From contig NIVC01000236.1 in the NCBI GenBank assembly GCA_002269645.1, forward strand, positions 496,001 through 560,000: 64,000 bases of DNA, given 5' to 3'. Source of the DNA: Macrostomum lignano (lineage: Eukaryota). Every line of letters begins with the position of its first letter. The first letter of the stretch is position 1. The notes under the pieces are model-generated. The model did not search any database and had not been told where the DNA came from. It saw nothing but the letters and a program-made list of their open reading frames with translations. A program made the translations under genes and the position numbers. Below, piece after piece: positions 24,169-37,700 of this stretch.

Positions 24169-25924
24169 GAGCAGTTCCTAGAGTACGAGAACAGATAAAT
24201 GAAGCACATGCACGTCGCACATACATACAGGGTACAAGGGAATAGCCAGCTTCCACCAGCATCAATTAATCTAACCGATCGCAATTCGGCGTACACATGC
24301 AAGCATGCCGGGCGGCCAAAAATTACGTGATACATTCTATAGATTTTAATTAAGTGCATGCCTAAAATATCAACAAGTTTAAAGTTAATTGGATTAAGGA
24401 ACAACTTTCATGTGACTTAATTGCATTAAGGAAGAACTTTCATGTGACTAACTACACAATTCTGTGCATTAATTTAACAAGTCGTGCTTCAGCTTACTTA
24501 CATCATGTACTTGCATGGCCTGTGGTGGCCCATGGAAGTTATACTGTAATATCAATGAGGATCCGTAGCACCACTTTTGTGTATGACCTTGAAATGAAGT
24601 TTCTCAGGGATTATTGTTTTTAGACCTAAAATCAATAAATTAACTCCCCTGAGTCCCCATGCTCCACAAAGTGAATATGGCGTGTCGCTGCCCTTCCTTA
24701 AAGTGCACATCCATGCAGGGACCACTCAATACACTACTGAATACTCTACTGAGTATCCCTGAATTCATGATAAGCGTTGGGAGCAGAAACTGGTCACTTT
24801 CCCTCAATATTTCAGCTTGTTGGATCCCTGCCAATTATCATTTTCGGCACGAGAAACTATCCTATGAAAATTTTGGATACTTACAGTATAGTGCTACTAA
24901 TTGTTTTTTTCTGAAAGCATTGAACAAATGTCAGTCAATAAAAGCAATAAGATCACAGTCAAGATAGGCACGCGGTTTGTTAAGAGTCTCGATCGGGATT
25001 GCGCTATTCGTGGCAGACATGGATTCAAAATTTATTTGTGATTGAATCACTGCTTTACTGCATAGCTACTGTCGGTAGAACATGAGACTCTTCAATTGCA
25101 TCAGCAGCCACAATTGAAATTGTGCCCAGCTTTCTGCTCAGTCTAATTTCAAGTTTAATAGCTTTATGATGGCTTAGCTGAATAGACATAAAGCTGATCA
25201 CTGATCACTCGGATGCGCACTTATTCTATTCCGATAATAGACTTGCTTTCACTAAGCAATCAAAAAGCTTGTCTTCAGGATTAACTCACGCAATTAAGCA
25301 TTAATATTAGTGTTGCGTCCCGTAAAAGTACGGCACTGCGGGAGCTCGGCAGCGTACGAAGCCACCAATTGTACATATAAAGAAAAAGACGGCGGATTCA
25401 TGCACAATCAAAATTGTTAATAATAGTTGCATGACTAATGCAAGTAACATTAATTAACGCCTTTGCTCCATACAGATGAGGGCACTAAACAAAGCCGAAT
25501 CCGCTAGCCGATCGTCAAGTTCGTCAAGTTGCAGTAACCATGGCAACAATAAATCTAAGGGATGCAGCTCAGCCGGAAAGCTAAACCGGGCATGTAAAGT
25601 GTAATGTGCTTTTTGGATTAAATTATTTAGCGAGTCAAATAGAGTCCAAGAGCGGGGCAGAAGCAATAGAGAGGATTATATTTAACTTAAGCCTGTCAAA
25701 TCTATGGGAGTGAAATAGAAAGCCGGATTTAAGAACGCAAGGAGCTACAGATAGGTAAGACAAAAACAAAGACAACAAACAAGAGAGGATACAACTATTT
25801 CTATCAGCATAGGAGCGCGAATCATTAAAGAGGGCATTTAGTGCGGGAGGCGGAAATCGGTGCCGTTAATCGCGAATCGGGCCAATCAGGGGATTCGGTG
25901 GCTTGGGCTCGCAAAATGCAGGGG

Positions 25925-28900
25925 CTAGGAGTCAGTGCTGGGGCTGTGCGTGGACTCCAGAGTGTTAATAAACACCTGAGTGGCGTCCTGAAGCTCCTTG
26001 CCGGCCTCCTGGTACCACTGCTTGAACGAGTCCTCGCAGATGATTGCGTTATCAAGGTAGGCGAAGAAGAGGTCGTTTATCAACTCTGCAGTGCATTTAG
26101 AAGGAATGCGCCGTTGAAACTACTGAAGCACAGTGAGTAGAAAGGTCAGAGCATTGCTACCAGCAAAGCAAAACTCACCAAGTGAAAGGCCTGCACTCTT
26201 TATGGTGTCGCAGGTGGCGCTGAGAACCCACTGCTGTTGCTGCTCATGGGTCTCGATGTGCCGCATAAGGACTGGCTTAACCAGCAGGAACAGCGGCTTG
26301 TTCAGCTTCTTGCTCTCTGCAAAGTGTGAGAATTCAAGTCACAACTGACCTGCCATAAAGATGCCCCATCACTGCAAATGCACATCACCGACTGCCCACT
26401 CACGAGTGCAGCCGCGGCAGACGCTGCGCACGAGAACCCGGATGAACTCCCGAGACTCCATCTGCTTCTTGTCCACCTCCTTCTCTATGAGGGCGATCAG
26501 CTCCTCGGACAGCAGGTCCTTCGCCGAGGCGTCGCCGTCTGCGTTGCCGATTTTCTGCTCGATCCGCTCGCCGACGACGTCCAGGGCGATGGGCGATGGC
26601 GACAGCGTCGTCTCATGCAGAGTGAACTCCAGCTTGTTGGCTGCAACGAAGTCCGCCGCGTCCGCCTGCGGCAGCTCCAGCAGGCTGTGCCACGCCATCC
26701 CTGCCTCCCGGAACGCCGCGCCCACCCGGTCGTGGCCGAGCCGCCCGCTGGCCAGGTGCAGCGCCCGCGACACCACCTCGCCCCGCAGAGGTCGCCGACT
26801 CGAGTCTCGCAGGTCGGCGGGGATCCTCAGCACCAGCTGCTGCACGCAGGACAGGTAGGAGGCCGCCTTCTGCACAAAGGAGGAGAAAATCTCTCCCAGG
26901 TAGCTGGACAAAAGCGGGAAGTCCGACAGGAAGTCGTCCGCCATCTCCATGATGGGTGAGAAGCTGCGGGGGAGCGGATGATGGGTGGGAGTCTGCAATC
27001 TACTGCAATCAATTCACAACCCAGGGCCCAGAGCCGCTGGTCCTCTCGGGTTGCTGGCAGCTGGGCCAAGTTGGGCCTCCCAGGCTGCTGGCAGCTGGGC
27101 CTCCCAGGCTCCTGGCAGCTGGGCCTCCCAGGCTGCTGGCAGCTGGGCCTCCCAGGCTCCTGGCAGCTGGGCCTCCCAGGCTGCTGGCAGAAGGGCCTCC
27201 CAGGCTGCTGGCAGCTGGGCCTCGCAGGCTCCTGACAGCTGGGCCTTCCAGGCTCCTGACAGCTGGGCCTCCTAGGCTGCTGACAGCTGGGATCGCGTCG
27301 AGCTTCAGACAGCAAAAACTTCGTCAGCCGGGGGCCTCACCGGGTCAGACGGTAATTCCAAAATTCATCCTGCTGACGCATCGCGGTGAGCAGCTTCATC
27401 ACCTTGCCCAGACTCACCCCTCAATAAGATCTTTCGAGCTGAGCAGCTCGCTGTGCAGCAACTCGAAGAGCAGCTGGCCGCCCCTCTCCCGAAGCTCTTT
27501 GCTGTTTTCATTCAGCAGGTGCTCCGCGTTCACCTCCACGAAGGCGCTGATTTCTGGGTGACGCGAGATTTCAATGAAGTTGGATTTGGTGTCCTGAATG
27601 GAAGAAGGTGAGGGAGAGGATGCGGTGCTTCAGATTCTTCAGACACATTCATGCAAAGCAAGAGCTTACTTCTAGCGAGCACAGGGAGCCGAGCCACTCC
27701 ATCATTATGTTTTTGCTCTTCCGCTCCAGAACGTCCCGCGGTATCGGCGGCGGCTCAACGGACCGTGGCGACTCAACGGCCCGCGCCGGCAGCTCCTGGC
27801 TGGACTGAGAGCGCGGCATCTTGCCGGAGGCCGCCAACGCTGCCACAGCGGGTTGCTGCAGCTGCTGCGGATCCAGGTGCGGCGAGGCCTCCCGACTGGT
27901 GCCACGACTGGCGCTGGACTCTCGCGAGTTCTTCTGACTGCCCAGCCTAGCGGAGGAGCGAGTTTGTGTTTAACAAATTCTAAACATTTCTGAGGTCCAG
28001 GACAGGAAAACTAATTGAGGACGCCAACTAATATAATCCAACCAACTAATTTAAAGTGAGGCTTGGATGTCAAAGCTCACATGGGTTGTTGATATCTTAG
28101 GGTAGAAGGTTTGGCTTCCAGAGCTGGTGCTGGTGCAAGAAATTGTTCTTTTCTTTCTTGCCCCCCCAACTGGGGGGCGTAGATGGCTAGTCTAACCATA
28201 TAATATTCTCACCTCGGCGTGCCACGGCCTCCGTCATCCTTGCCGCCGGGCCTTGCCTTGGCCACAAACGACGGTCGAGAGGGGCCCAGCCGAGTCTGTG
28301 ACTGGCCCTGCTCCTGGCTGCTGCCGATGACCATCTTGCGAGCGTCCATCTTCTGTGCCTTGCGAGTCGTTGTTACTGGGGTCCACTCGCTGTTGGCCGC
28401 AGGGGTCGGCCCAGCAGGTGGCCGACTGAAGCCGCCCTGCCGGCCACCTCGAGTCTGCTGCTGCTGCATGCCTGCCAGCTGCTGCTTCCGCGACTCATCC
28501 TGCCTGGCTTTCTGCTCCAGCTCCTCCTTCGTCATCGGCCTCTCGTGCAGCCGAATCTCCATCTCGCGCCGCTCCCAGTTCCGCTGCCGCATCTCTACGA
28601 TGTCCTGCAGGCGGAACCGAACCTTCGACTCGATCTCCTTGCTGTTGATCAGCTTCTTGATCCGCTCAAAGTACTGGTCGATTCGAGCCTTGGCGTTATT
28701 CTCACTCTCCAGCTTTTTGCCGACTGTCTTCAGCAGCTCGCACAGGCACTCCAGCGACTCCGTGAACATGCTCTTGCTGCTGTGGTCTGACTTCAGCTGC
28801 GATACAATGCACTGATGGATGATGTTTGCCGTCAGGATGTCCTTCATGAACAGCTCGCCGATGAATCTGCAGTGAGGCAGCATTAAATCACACAATACAC

Positions 28901-31900
28901 AATAAAGGACCCCATTTTATTAACCCTGCTTCTAACAGAAACTTACCTGATGTTCCCGTAATATTGGTCCTTTGCTTTCTTCATCTGCTCGTCCCTCTCC
29001 TCTTCCAGCGCCTTCTTCTTGTCTTCCTTCTCTTCTGCGTCGATCTTCTCTTGCCACTGCGCCCCCTTCTGCTCCATCTGCTCCTTCAGCGGAGTCTCGA
29101 ACATTTCCTGGCATTTCTTCAGCAGCAGAGACCGGAAACCGATGAACTGTTTGTTCTCCTGAGACTGCTCGGGAAAGTTCACCTTGAGCTGCAGGTATGA
29201 AAATGGAAAACATTAGCAATTAAGCTTACGAGCTTACAAAACGCCTCAGTGTTTGCATAATATTTGTGACTATCGCTTACAAAGGCCAGCCGCTTGCAGA
29301 TCTCAGCGAACACGGATGAGTAGGACTTCTCACGAGTGGCCTGCAGACAGAAAATGAGCGCATATTTAGCCAGGTGGGTGCAAGAGCAACTGCAGATTAG
29401 TTGAAATGAATTTTATTTATGGCGTAATCAGACATAAACTGTTTTCTGCATTGCATATAAGTCAGGGATAACGGTCATCATAGGAGAAGTAGGTACCAGT
29501 CTACTCTCTCAATACAAGACAGTTATTACCTTGTCAAAGATGATGTCAACGCAGGCATTGAGACCTTGGATGCTGCCGATATCGCAGGTTGTGGTCAGCT
29601 GAGAAAAGCAGGACTCAAAGTTCTGCGGAGCAATCTTGTTCAGGATGGACCGAATGTTCCGCTCGATCTCCACCTTCTTGAGCTGCTCCTGGTCGTCAGG
29701 CTTCTTCTGCAGGAATCCGGGCACATAGGCACTGTCGCTCTTGTGCAGGTCGACCTTATCCTTCCGCACTTCAATCACAAGCTGCGGCTTGGGCGCCGGT
29801 TTCGGCGGGCCGCCGCCGCCACCACCGCGGCCTCCACTGCCACGATGAGATCCGTAGATGGACTTCCCTTTGTCCTTCGCGACGTAGTTCGGCTGCACCA
29901 CGTATGAAGGCGTGAAATCGAAGCCGCGAACGGTTCGAGGCGGCTGCTGCTGCTGAAAAAGGTATCAAAAGTTTGAAAATGTGAATCTCAGTCGTAGAAC
30001 TGATGAAAAGAAACCAATGCAAAAGAATGAATGGTGACTCATTATTGCTGAAATTTGACGTCAAGCAATGCAAAAATTGCAATTATCTGACGGTAATTCC
30101 AACAGATCATCATTGATTTTATCTTTATAATAATAATTAATAATAAATGACTACACCTGTCCGAATGGGCAGATGTGCAAACAAAAGCTCAGCCGGAATC
30201 GGGATTCGAACCCCCGACCTTCGAGTCGTGAATTCGACGCCTAATAAGGTATCACTTTGGACCTTAATAAACGATATATACACATATCGAAAAACACTGC
30301 AGCACTTACGGAGTCGCTGCGGGGCAGCAGCTCAGGAATGTCTCCCGGTAGCTCGTTGGGCCGCTGGTTGCTGAGATCAGTAAACTGCAGGCTCAGCAGG
30401 AATCCCCGGTCGTACTTCAGCTTCTTTTCAAGCGTTGTCTTGTCAGACTCGCCCGGCTCTGGCTTGAACTCGTACTTGCCGCTTGCCGGTGGCTGAATGA
30501 GCGGCGGCGGCTGCTGCGTCCTGCGCTCCGGCCCAGCCGAGCCGCGTCCGGCATCGACAGACGCCTTGCGCGACGATGGGGCCACTGCGGGCGACTGACG
30601 ACTGCCGTCGGTTGCGTCCCCGTTGACTGGCGGCGACGCCACTGGGGACTTCTGCGCCAGCGCGGTCGGAACAGGCGAGTCCGCGGCGGGCGATTCGGCA
30701 GCGGAGGACTCCGACTTCAGAGCCGGAGCTGTTGCGCCTTCTTTCTTTGCCTCAGCGTCGGGCGCCGGCATCGGAGCAGCCTCCGACACCTCTGGTGAGG
30801 GCGAAGGCGTCGGCGGCTTGGCTGGTGGAGGCAAAGGGTCGACGCTGATCGACTCGGGCTGGGCAGCAAGAGCGGGCGCTGCTGCTGAAGCCTTGGCCTC
30901 CGCTGCGTCGGAGGGGGCGGCTGGGTGCGGCTCGACAGTAGCGGGTGGGGCAGCAGGTGTCGTGGATGTCGGCTGTTGGGCTGCTGCGGTCGCTGGCTTA
31001 GCGGTGGCCCGCAGCTTGAGGAGGTCCTTCTGAACCGTCTGGCCATCGGCCGGCGGCTTCTCGATTGGCAGACCGCGACTGGGCCGATGCGCTGGCCCGC
31101 TTAGCTGCGGCGGTGGCGACGGCTGGTGAATGCCGGCGGCTGCGGAACCGGCGGCGCTAGTTGAAGTCGCTGGTTTCTCAACGTGCACCTCCTCTTTCGT
31201 GTCCGGATTCACAATGGCCAGCCGCTTTCTTTCTCTTATTGGGGCCGCAGCCTCCTGTTGCTGCTGGCCAGCTTGCTGCTGCTGCTGTGGCGCAGGCTGG
31301 TGCTGCTCAGGGCCGGGCCCGCCGTGCTGCATGAATGGCTGATGAGGCGCGGGGGCGGGTCCGGACGGGTGGAACTGAGCCCTGGAGTGCAGCTGACCAG
31401 TCTGAGGCCGAGTGCCGCTAGCATAGGCGCCAGGCACGAACTGCTGAGGATATGCCGGATTTGGCTGCTGATGATGCGGCGGCGGCGGCTGCTGCTGCAT
31501 CGCCGGAATGCCGTAGGTTTGCGGGTTGGAGCCGGGGTAGTTGGCCATGGCGTTCCACGGCTGCATTGGCGGCTGTGTGGACGGGGTGAGTGTGGTTCAA
31601 TAGAATTTCAGCGGTTTGAGCACGGCGGCAGCAGTAGAAATTATTAAAATTTGAAGCACAATATGAAGCAATTTTTTCTTTAACTTCAATAATTTTATAC
31701 CAAGTCCTCAAACTATTAAGAAACTCAAAGAAACTTAAGACAATTAAAATTATTCGAAATAAACAGTTATAAAATATAATAATTAACAGGCACTAAAATC
31801 GAGCTCATAAAACGAACAAAACAGCCGAGCGGCAGAAAAAGCACCGAAACTGGAACGGCCGGTTCTCACTTTTGCAATCAGCGGAGCGGCCATTGTGAAC

Positions 31901-34562
31901 ACCTGGAACTGTGGCTTTAAGCAGATTAAGAATATGTGACAGCATGGGAAAGATAGGGAGTATTCATACTAGTGTTTGCACACTTCAGAAACTTGCACCG
32001 ACAATAGGTATAAAGAACCAACTTGGGCCTACTGTTTCTTAAAAAAACATTTTGGGTGCTGGTTTTGTGCGAAAAAAAACAGTGGAGATAGGCTTCTTTC
32101 CTACACAAAACGGCGATAGCTAATGCAGCCCTAAAACAGTTCCTCGTGCTTCTAATGATTTGTCCTCGCTGATATACACAACTCCAACAGTCTGTTTTTA
32201 ACTCACATAGCCTGGCGGAACTTGCGGGTGCTGCATGGGCATCATTGGCTGAACAGGCTGCTGCACATACGGCGCCATGTACTGCTGCTGCATCGAGCTG
32301 GACGGAAACTGGCCTGGCATGTTGCCAGCTGGCCAGCCAGGCTGAAGAGAGCCGGCTCCCTGCTGCTGGTAGGCGGCATTTGGGTTCTGGCCATAGATCA
32401 CCTGGGACTGCGGCTGTCCCTGTGAATACCGATAGTTCTGAGCCTGCACGTGAAAGTGGCAAAATGCTGTGCTGCAACCTCCAAGTTCTCCACAGCAGAG
32501 TTGATGCTGTTACCACAATTATAACCACAACTCATCAGCCATGGGTAATGTAAGTATTGTATGAAAAAAGTACTACAAAAATTTGGTTGCTTACCAAGTG
32601 CGCACGATTTCCCTCTTGAAATTCCGTTTGATAAGGACCTAAATGAATAAAATATATCAAGTTTGTAAAATTATGAAAATCAATATAGAAAGAAATGGAA
32701 TCTCAATATCTTACCTTGGATATAAGGGCTGTTTGGAGAGTTAGTTAATTTTGGCAGTTAAGGAAAATAAAGAACTTTAGAAAAAATAGTCACATTTATA
32801 TGCTAGCTTTTTAATTTTAAATTAAGTTAACTAATCTATAAGCTATTAACCTAAAAACTAAATTATCTTACAGTATACTTGTTTAAGTAAAGCTAATTCA
32901 ATTATCTCCTAGCTTGTGTTTTATATATAGCTACTTAGATTATACATTTGTTTTTGTAACATTTTCAGTAGTCTCATATGCCTAATTGCCAAAGAGAAAC
33001 AATATTAATTGTTTAAATAAATATTGCTTTTATAGACCATGAGCTTTAAAATTGCCTTTTATTTATGAGATATTCATTAGGCAAGCAAAACTTGAAAAAA
33101 AGAATAATTTCATGGCTAATAATAAAATAATAATAATAATAATAATAATAATTGTTTATTATACCTGCCCTAAGAGATATGCAACCAATAGCTTAGTAGC
33201 AACTATTATGTAGCACATCTAAAGGGTATATACATAGCTATTTAGTTCAAGGACTAGGAAGTTGCCATATATACCTTTATTTATCTTGGCTAATGTTGGT
33301 ACCCATGTTATAGGGGTCTCCCTAAAACACGCCCTGCACCACTACACATTCAAACAAATTAGACTATAACTGAAGACACTTCAAAATGTGTTTTATGTTA
33401 AGCTTTAAAGTTTTTTTATTAAATTTAGTTTTTTACTTTGAAATATAAAATTCGGTGAATAATAAGTGATATTAATAATAATATTAATAAAATAATAATA
33501 ATATAATTTAATAATGAAAATGAGAATATAAAAAATAATAATATTTATAATAATAATTAAAGATACTTATTCCATTACTCTTACAACAAATAGTTTTCCT
33601 TGCAATCAAATACTGCATTGACAAAAATTTTATAATGTATAGCAGTTTGGGGCAGTGCAATGCATGTTTTAGGAAGACCCATGTTATAGCTAGGCAAATT
33701 GAAACAATATATAGTTAAATGTCTTGCTTAAGGACACAAATTGTTACAAATAAGTCAGAAATCCAAGCCTCAACCTTTTAGTTATAAATCTAGCATTCTA
33801 ACTATAAGGCTATAACTTTTAGCCTTGTAACTAAATACTTGGAAAAATTGTTTTATTAATATATTGGTAAAGATCAAATTATTAATTTCAAATGATATAA
33901 AAATAATACTAAACCAAATTAATCAATAAAAAAAATAGTTGATTTAATTTTTAATGTGGTAAGGAATTGTTATTGTTTTATGTGTCATTAAAATATTGAT
34001 ACAAAACAATAGAAATTTTTAGTGATAATGCCAATGGTTTTTGTCTCTAACTTTAATTAGCTTACTTAATATAGTTATTAATTATTTATATTAATAAAAT
34101 CTATTTCTCCATAACTATAAAAATAGCCACTTTACCTTTTAAATCTAATGCATTTTATAAGTATATACAATGACTATAGTATAAAATTTATACAATATTT
34201 ATATACTATACGATATAATATAACCCTTTATTATTAATATCCCAAATCCCAAAATTTTATTTTTAATTTGATAATATTATGCTAAGTAATTCTACAAAAA
34301 TTAAATATATAAAAATCTACGAGTAATAAAGAAATCCTTCTGTCTATTTAAAATTGAAGTTCTTGTTTTGGAAATTTTCAAACCTTAGCTTACATAATTA
34401 CAAAGTACAAATATAGCTAAGATTTAGCTGGCCAATTCAAAGACCTTTGAATTAGATACTGGTAGGGTCGGCATGAAGCTACTTTAGCAGCATATAATAT
34501 TTTTTAAAGATTTTTAAGAAAGGATACGGTTGTTGGTAGTCTTGTTGATGCCGGTTATTCAT
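25925..34562 (-). CDS. EIF4G: Eukaryotic translation initiation factor 4G, 14 coding exons, 1427 aa
   Basis: Exons 34562-34528, 32728-32715, 32638-32595, 32443-32207, 31572-30310, 29952-29530, 29340-29281, 29188-28947, 28866-28213, 27946-27670, 27593-27418, 26963-26404, 26316-26179, 26085-25925; phases are consistent and total 4284 nt. PABP-binding-like RERKRLAIVNPD, eIF4E motif YDRGFLL, DFTPSY, MIF4G (RSILNK, NIRFIGELF, RVRFRLQD), MA3, and W2 (ICEDSFKQWY). The three most 5' exons are less certain than the rest. Confidence 0.92.
27053..27291. repeat. 24-bp minisatellite in an eIF4G intron, ~10 copies
   Basis: Unit gctgggcctcccaggct(c/g)ctggca inside intron 26964-27417. Confidence 0.93.
30122..30260 (-). 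mobile_element. tRNA-derived SINE-like fragment in an eIF4G intron
   Basis: Minus strand carries a B box GGTTCGAATCC in a tRNA-like context and ends in a (TAT)n-like tail; no complete cloverleaf. Confidence 0.5.
32729..34527 (-). other. Candidate U12-type (minor spliceosome) GT-AG intron of eIF4G
   Basis: Donor GTATCCTTTC at 34527; branch site TTCCTTAAC at 32765-32757, 28 nt before the acceptor; joins two in-phase exons. Confidence 0.75.
33117..33152. repeat. (AAT)n microsatellite
   Basis: Direct. Confidence 0.85.
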
Positions 34563-34696
34563 TTCCAGAAATATTGACGCTCTTTAAAATGACTCTCTAC
34601 AATTAGAAAACAGGTAATGCAAAATGAAAGCATGCATATCAAGTTAAGTAATTAATACAGAATTTAAGAGAAAAGGAAAAAAATGAATAATCTTAC

Positions 34697-34778
34697 CCAT
34701 AAGAGAGTACAAACAACTTTTCGGAGGAAGCAAAAATTTGTATCCTCGTGCGGTTGCACAATATAGGCAAAACTTCTA
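34697..34778 (-). other. Probable 5' UTR exon of eIF4G (5' boundary uncertain)
   Basis: Ends cttatgg|gtaag; a 100-nt intron leads to acceptor ttgtag|ag at 34596; the arrangement is conserved in the paralogous copy at 60.8-61.0 kb. Confidence 0.6.
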
Positions 34779-37700
34779 ATTTATATGAACTCTCAAATTA
34801 TAACAAAACCTAGGTAAATCGAAGATGCATGAATTTTACCTCTGCAAAGCAAAATAGAGCCAGACTTGGATGATTTTGGTAATTTTCGCATCTGATTTTT
34901 TAATAAATCGGCGTGTGCAGCCCATTACTTTACAAAAGAAAGGTCTACCGGTTAAAGTCAAAACTGGGGAGTCAGAAAATGTAGAAAAAAATTTGTTGTT
35001 TCAATTGGTAATTTTTTATACAATTTTTTATATTTCCGTTAAGTGGTCTCAAAAAAACATTTTTAAAGCACAAAATACACCTCTTAATAAATTTCCTACC
35101 CATTTGTTAATCTTCACTTTTACGGAACTGTACGGACGCAGAATCAGAAACTAAATATAGTATTCTAAAAATAAATGTTTTATACAAACCCGTAAAAGTA
35201 GTTTTTATCTGAAAAAAATAGGTAAATATTGCAATAGATATTTTTTAAATAAATATTAAGCTGGATTTTGTTAAACTGCTTACTTTGTTTACGTCGCGCC
35301 TGTTTGTGTTCTGAAATACTCTCGTTAATTTAGTTATCAGTTTCATGTTAATAAGTACTTTATTATTGATGTTTGGCCTGGTTCTTCTTACGGATGTGAA
35401 ATATCAGCAAACTTTTTTGGATTGAATTAAATATGAGATTTAGATATTGATTACTGACTTCTGTATTTCAAGCATTGCAAACGTCTAGCATCAATTTTCT
35501 GCTTATCTAATTTATGAACAATAATCGATCGAGGATTCTAGATATATGCTTTATTTTATAAGCCACGGCTTATGAATTGGCAAATGACTCATGAGACTGA
35601 GGTTTAAATAATTTTACTGAATAGAATGACAAATAAAGGTGTCTATCAAGTTTTTTTTATAAAATAGCTTTATCCACCGTCGCTCTTGTTTAACTATATT
35701 TTTGTTCTGAGGCATAATTTGTAGTCTAGTTCAGATTGCTATTTATATTTAACTGTCCGTGTCTTAGGCCTATTTGATTTTTTGCTAATGACGTAGTAAT
35801 AAAAAATATAATGTAAATATAAAATTTTGTACAGCTTTACAGCTTAGGATTACTTCGAAACTGATATATGCTTTTTTACAAAAGCCATTGGGCCTTAGCT
35901 AAGTGATAATCTACCTTATGATTACTGATAATGATACTGTTTATTATAGCCATCACTATGCACTTTTAAGTATATATATAATTTAAATTGCTAAATAATT
36001 AACAAGTAGCAAATAAAACTGGTAATAACTTTTTTAAACTTAAACTTTCTAGTTTCATATAATTTGCAATGTAAAAAGCTATATAAAATGTGACTTGCAC
36101 TATTCTTTAAAATGTATAATTGCAATATGTTTTCATTTGCATTATTTGTTACATTTATTTCATTTAAAGCTCACATTATGAGCTTTAAGAACTAAGAACA
36201 TGTTAAAAGTTAAAAATGCAAAACCTGATATATTTGCTTTTAAAAAAATTAGAATATAGCATTATTTTATTATATATTTTATTGTTTACAAACTGGCTTT
36301 AAATGCCTAGCAGGAGTGTTTCCTTTTATACTATAGTATATTTAATATACCAATAAATTCTTAACTTGCTTTAGTAGAAGTTTTTTAGACTTAAATGTAA
36401 GTAAAATATGTTAAATGTTTTTCACTTTAATTTATGCCATGCCAGAACTTCTTTGGGAGATCTTCTCAGCTGCATTTTATGATATGCCTTTCATTCTGAG
36501 CTCTAAACCTGAGGCCTTACTTAAACAATGAAACTGGTGGACTTGCTGTATGTTACCTTTACATTTGGTTGAGTGAGTCTAGTGCTTTCTCCATGAACCA
36601 ACCTGATCTGTCTGAGCAACCTGTTGCAATGTTGGCGACTCCTGCACCTAGCAGGCCACTTCTGCCCACAACTGGTTCAGGTGCTGCGCTGCTACTTTTG
36701 GATTCTGGCACCCAAGATTCTGGTGGCTATGTGGCCTACATTTTCTCTCAGACCACAAGACACACCTTTTTAGAACCTTATGTTTTATAGTGTGTTTTAT
36801 TGTATGGGCCTAGTGGCTATACCAAAAATCTTGTTTTGCATTTAAGTTAATAAAACTTCTGCTTCAGGAATTTATTACTTGTGCCTAAAAATTCTAAAAC
36901 CTATTTCTGTTGCCTGTTCATCTTTTTCACTAAATCAAGAGGCATTAAGAGCTTCATTTAGAGCTCTGTGAGATTCACATTTGTATTGAAACTGTTTGGA
37001 TAGGAGCATAACCATGCCCCCACCCAGATATCTTTTTTACCCTTCTTGAGGTAGCCATATTGATTTTCTGTTCTGGTCTGTGCAGACTGCTCTATACGTC
37101 CATGGCCATAGATTAAAATATTTGAGCTGATGCTGCTTTATTAATAAAACTTTTTATTATCAGATCAATGTGTTTGGGAAGTCGTGTTTTAAATTGTAGG
37201 CTCGTTTACTCGTATATTTGTTGAAATTAAGCAAGAGCTCATCAATCGTTTCGCGCTTGTTCCTGCAGTCTATCAATTGTGGGTCTGTAAGCCAAGCATA
37301 TACCCATAAACTAATACGTGGCTGCTGGCAGCCACACATCATAGGTACATAGCTGGTTGAGCTTAAAAAGCACTTATTAATTATATAAGGAGTATGCTAT
37401 AGTCAAAATAAAAGCATCCTAGCTTTCAAAGCTAGAATGTTACAACGCTACCACGCTGAAGAGGGCTCGTACTCTCATGCCAGAGCAAACGCAGAAAAGT
37501 CAATACAAAAGAGGCCAAATTGCAACGTCAAAGTGAAAATAAGGCAGCACATACTGCCAGTGTTCTCAAACTCTGCTCGAGCAGCTCAGATTGGCCCTGC
37601 TGAAACTGAAGTGCAGCATACTGCCAGACTGTGCTCAAAATCTGCTTGTGTTGAACAAAGCTGAGTGACAGAGTCCAACTTGCAGCGATGCGCCAGACTG

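Noticed and set aside
26827-27561. QEPGRPSC / LLAAGPPR repeat ORFs as an extra eIF4G exon or antisense gene
   Set aside because: They arise from a 24-bp intronic minisatellite; the flanking eIF4G exons already join in phase (GG|C) without it.
30190-30250. tRNA gene
   Set aside because: It has a B box and T-arm-like segment but no full cloverleaf or clear A box; treated as SINE-like.
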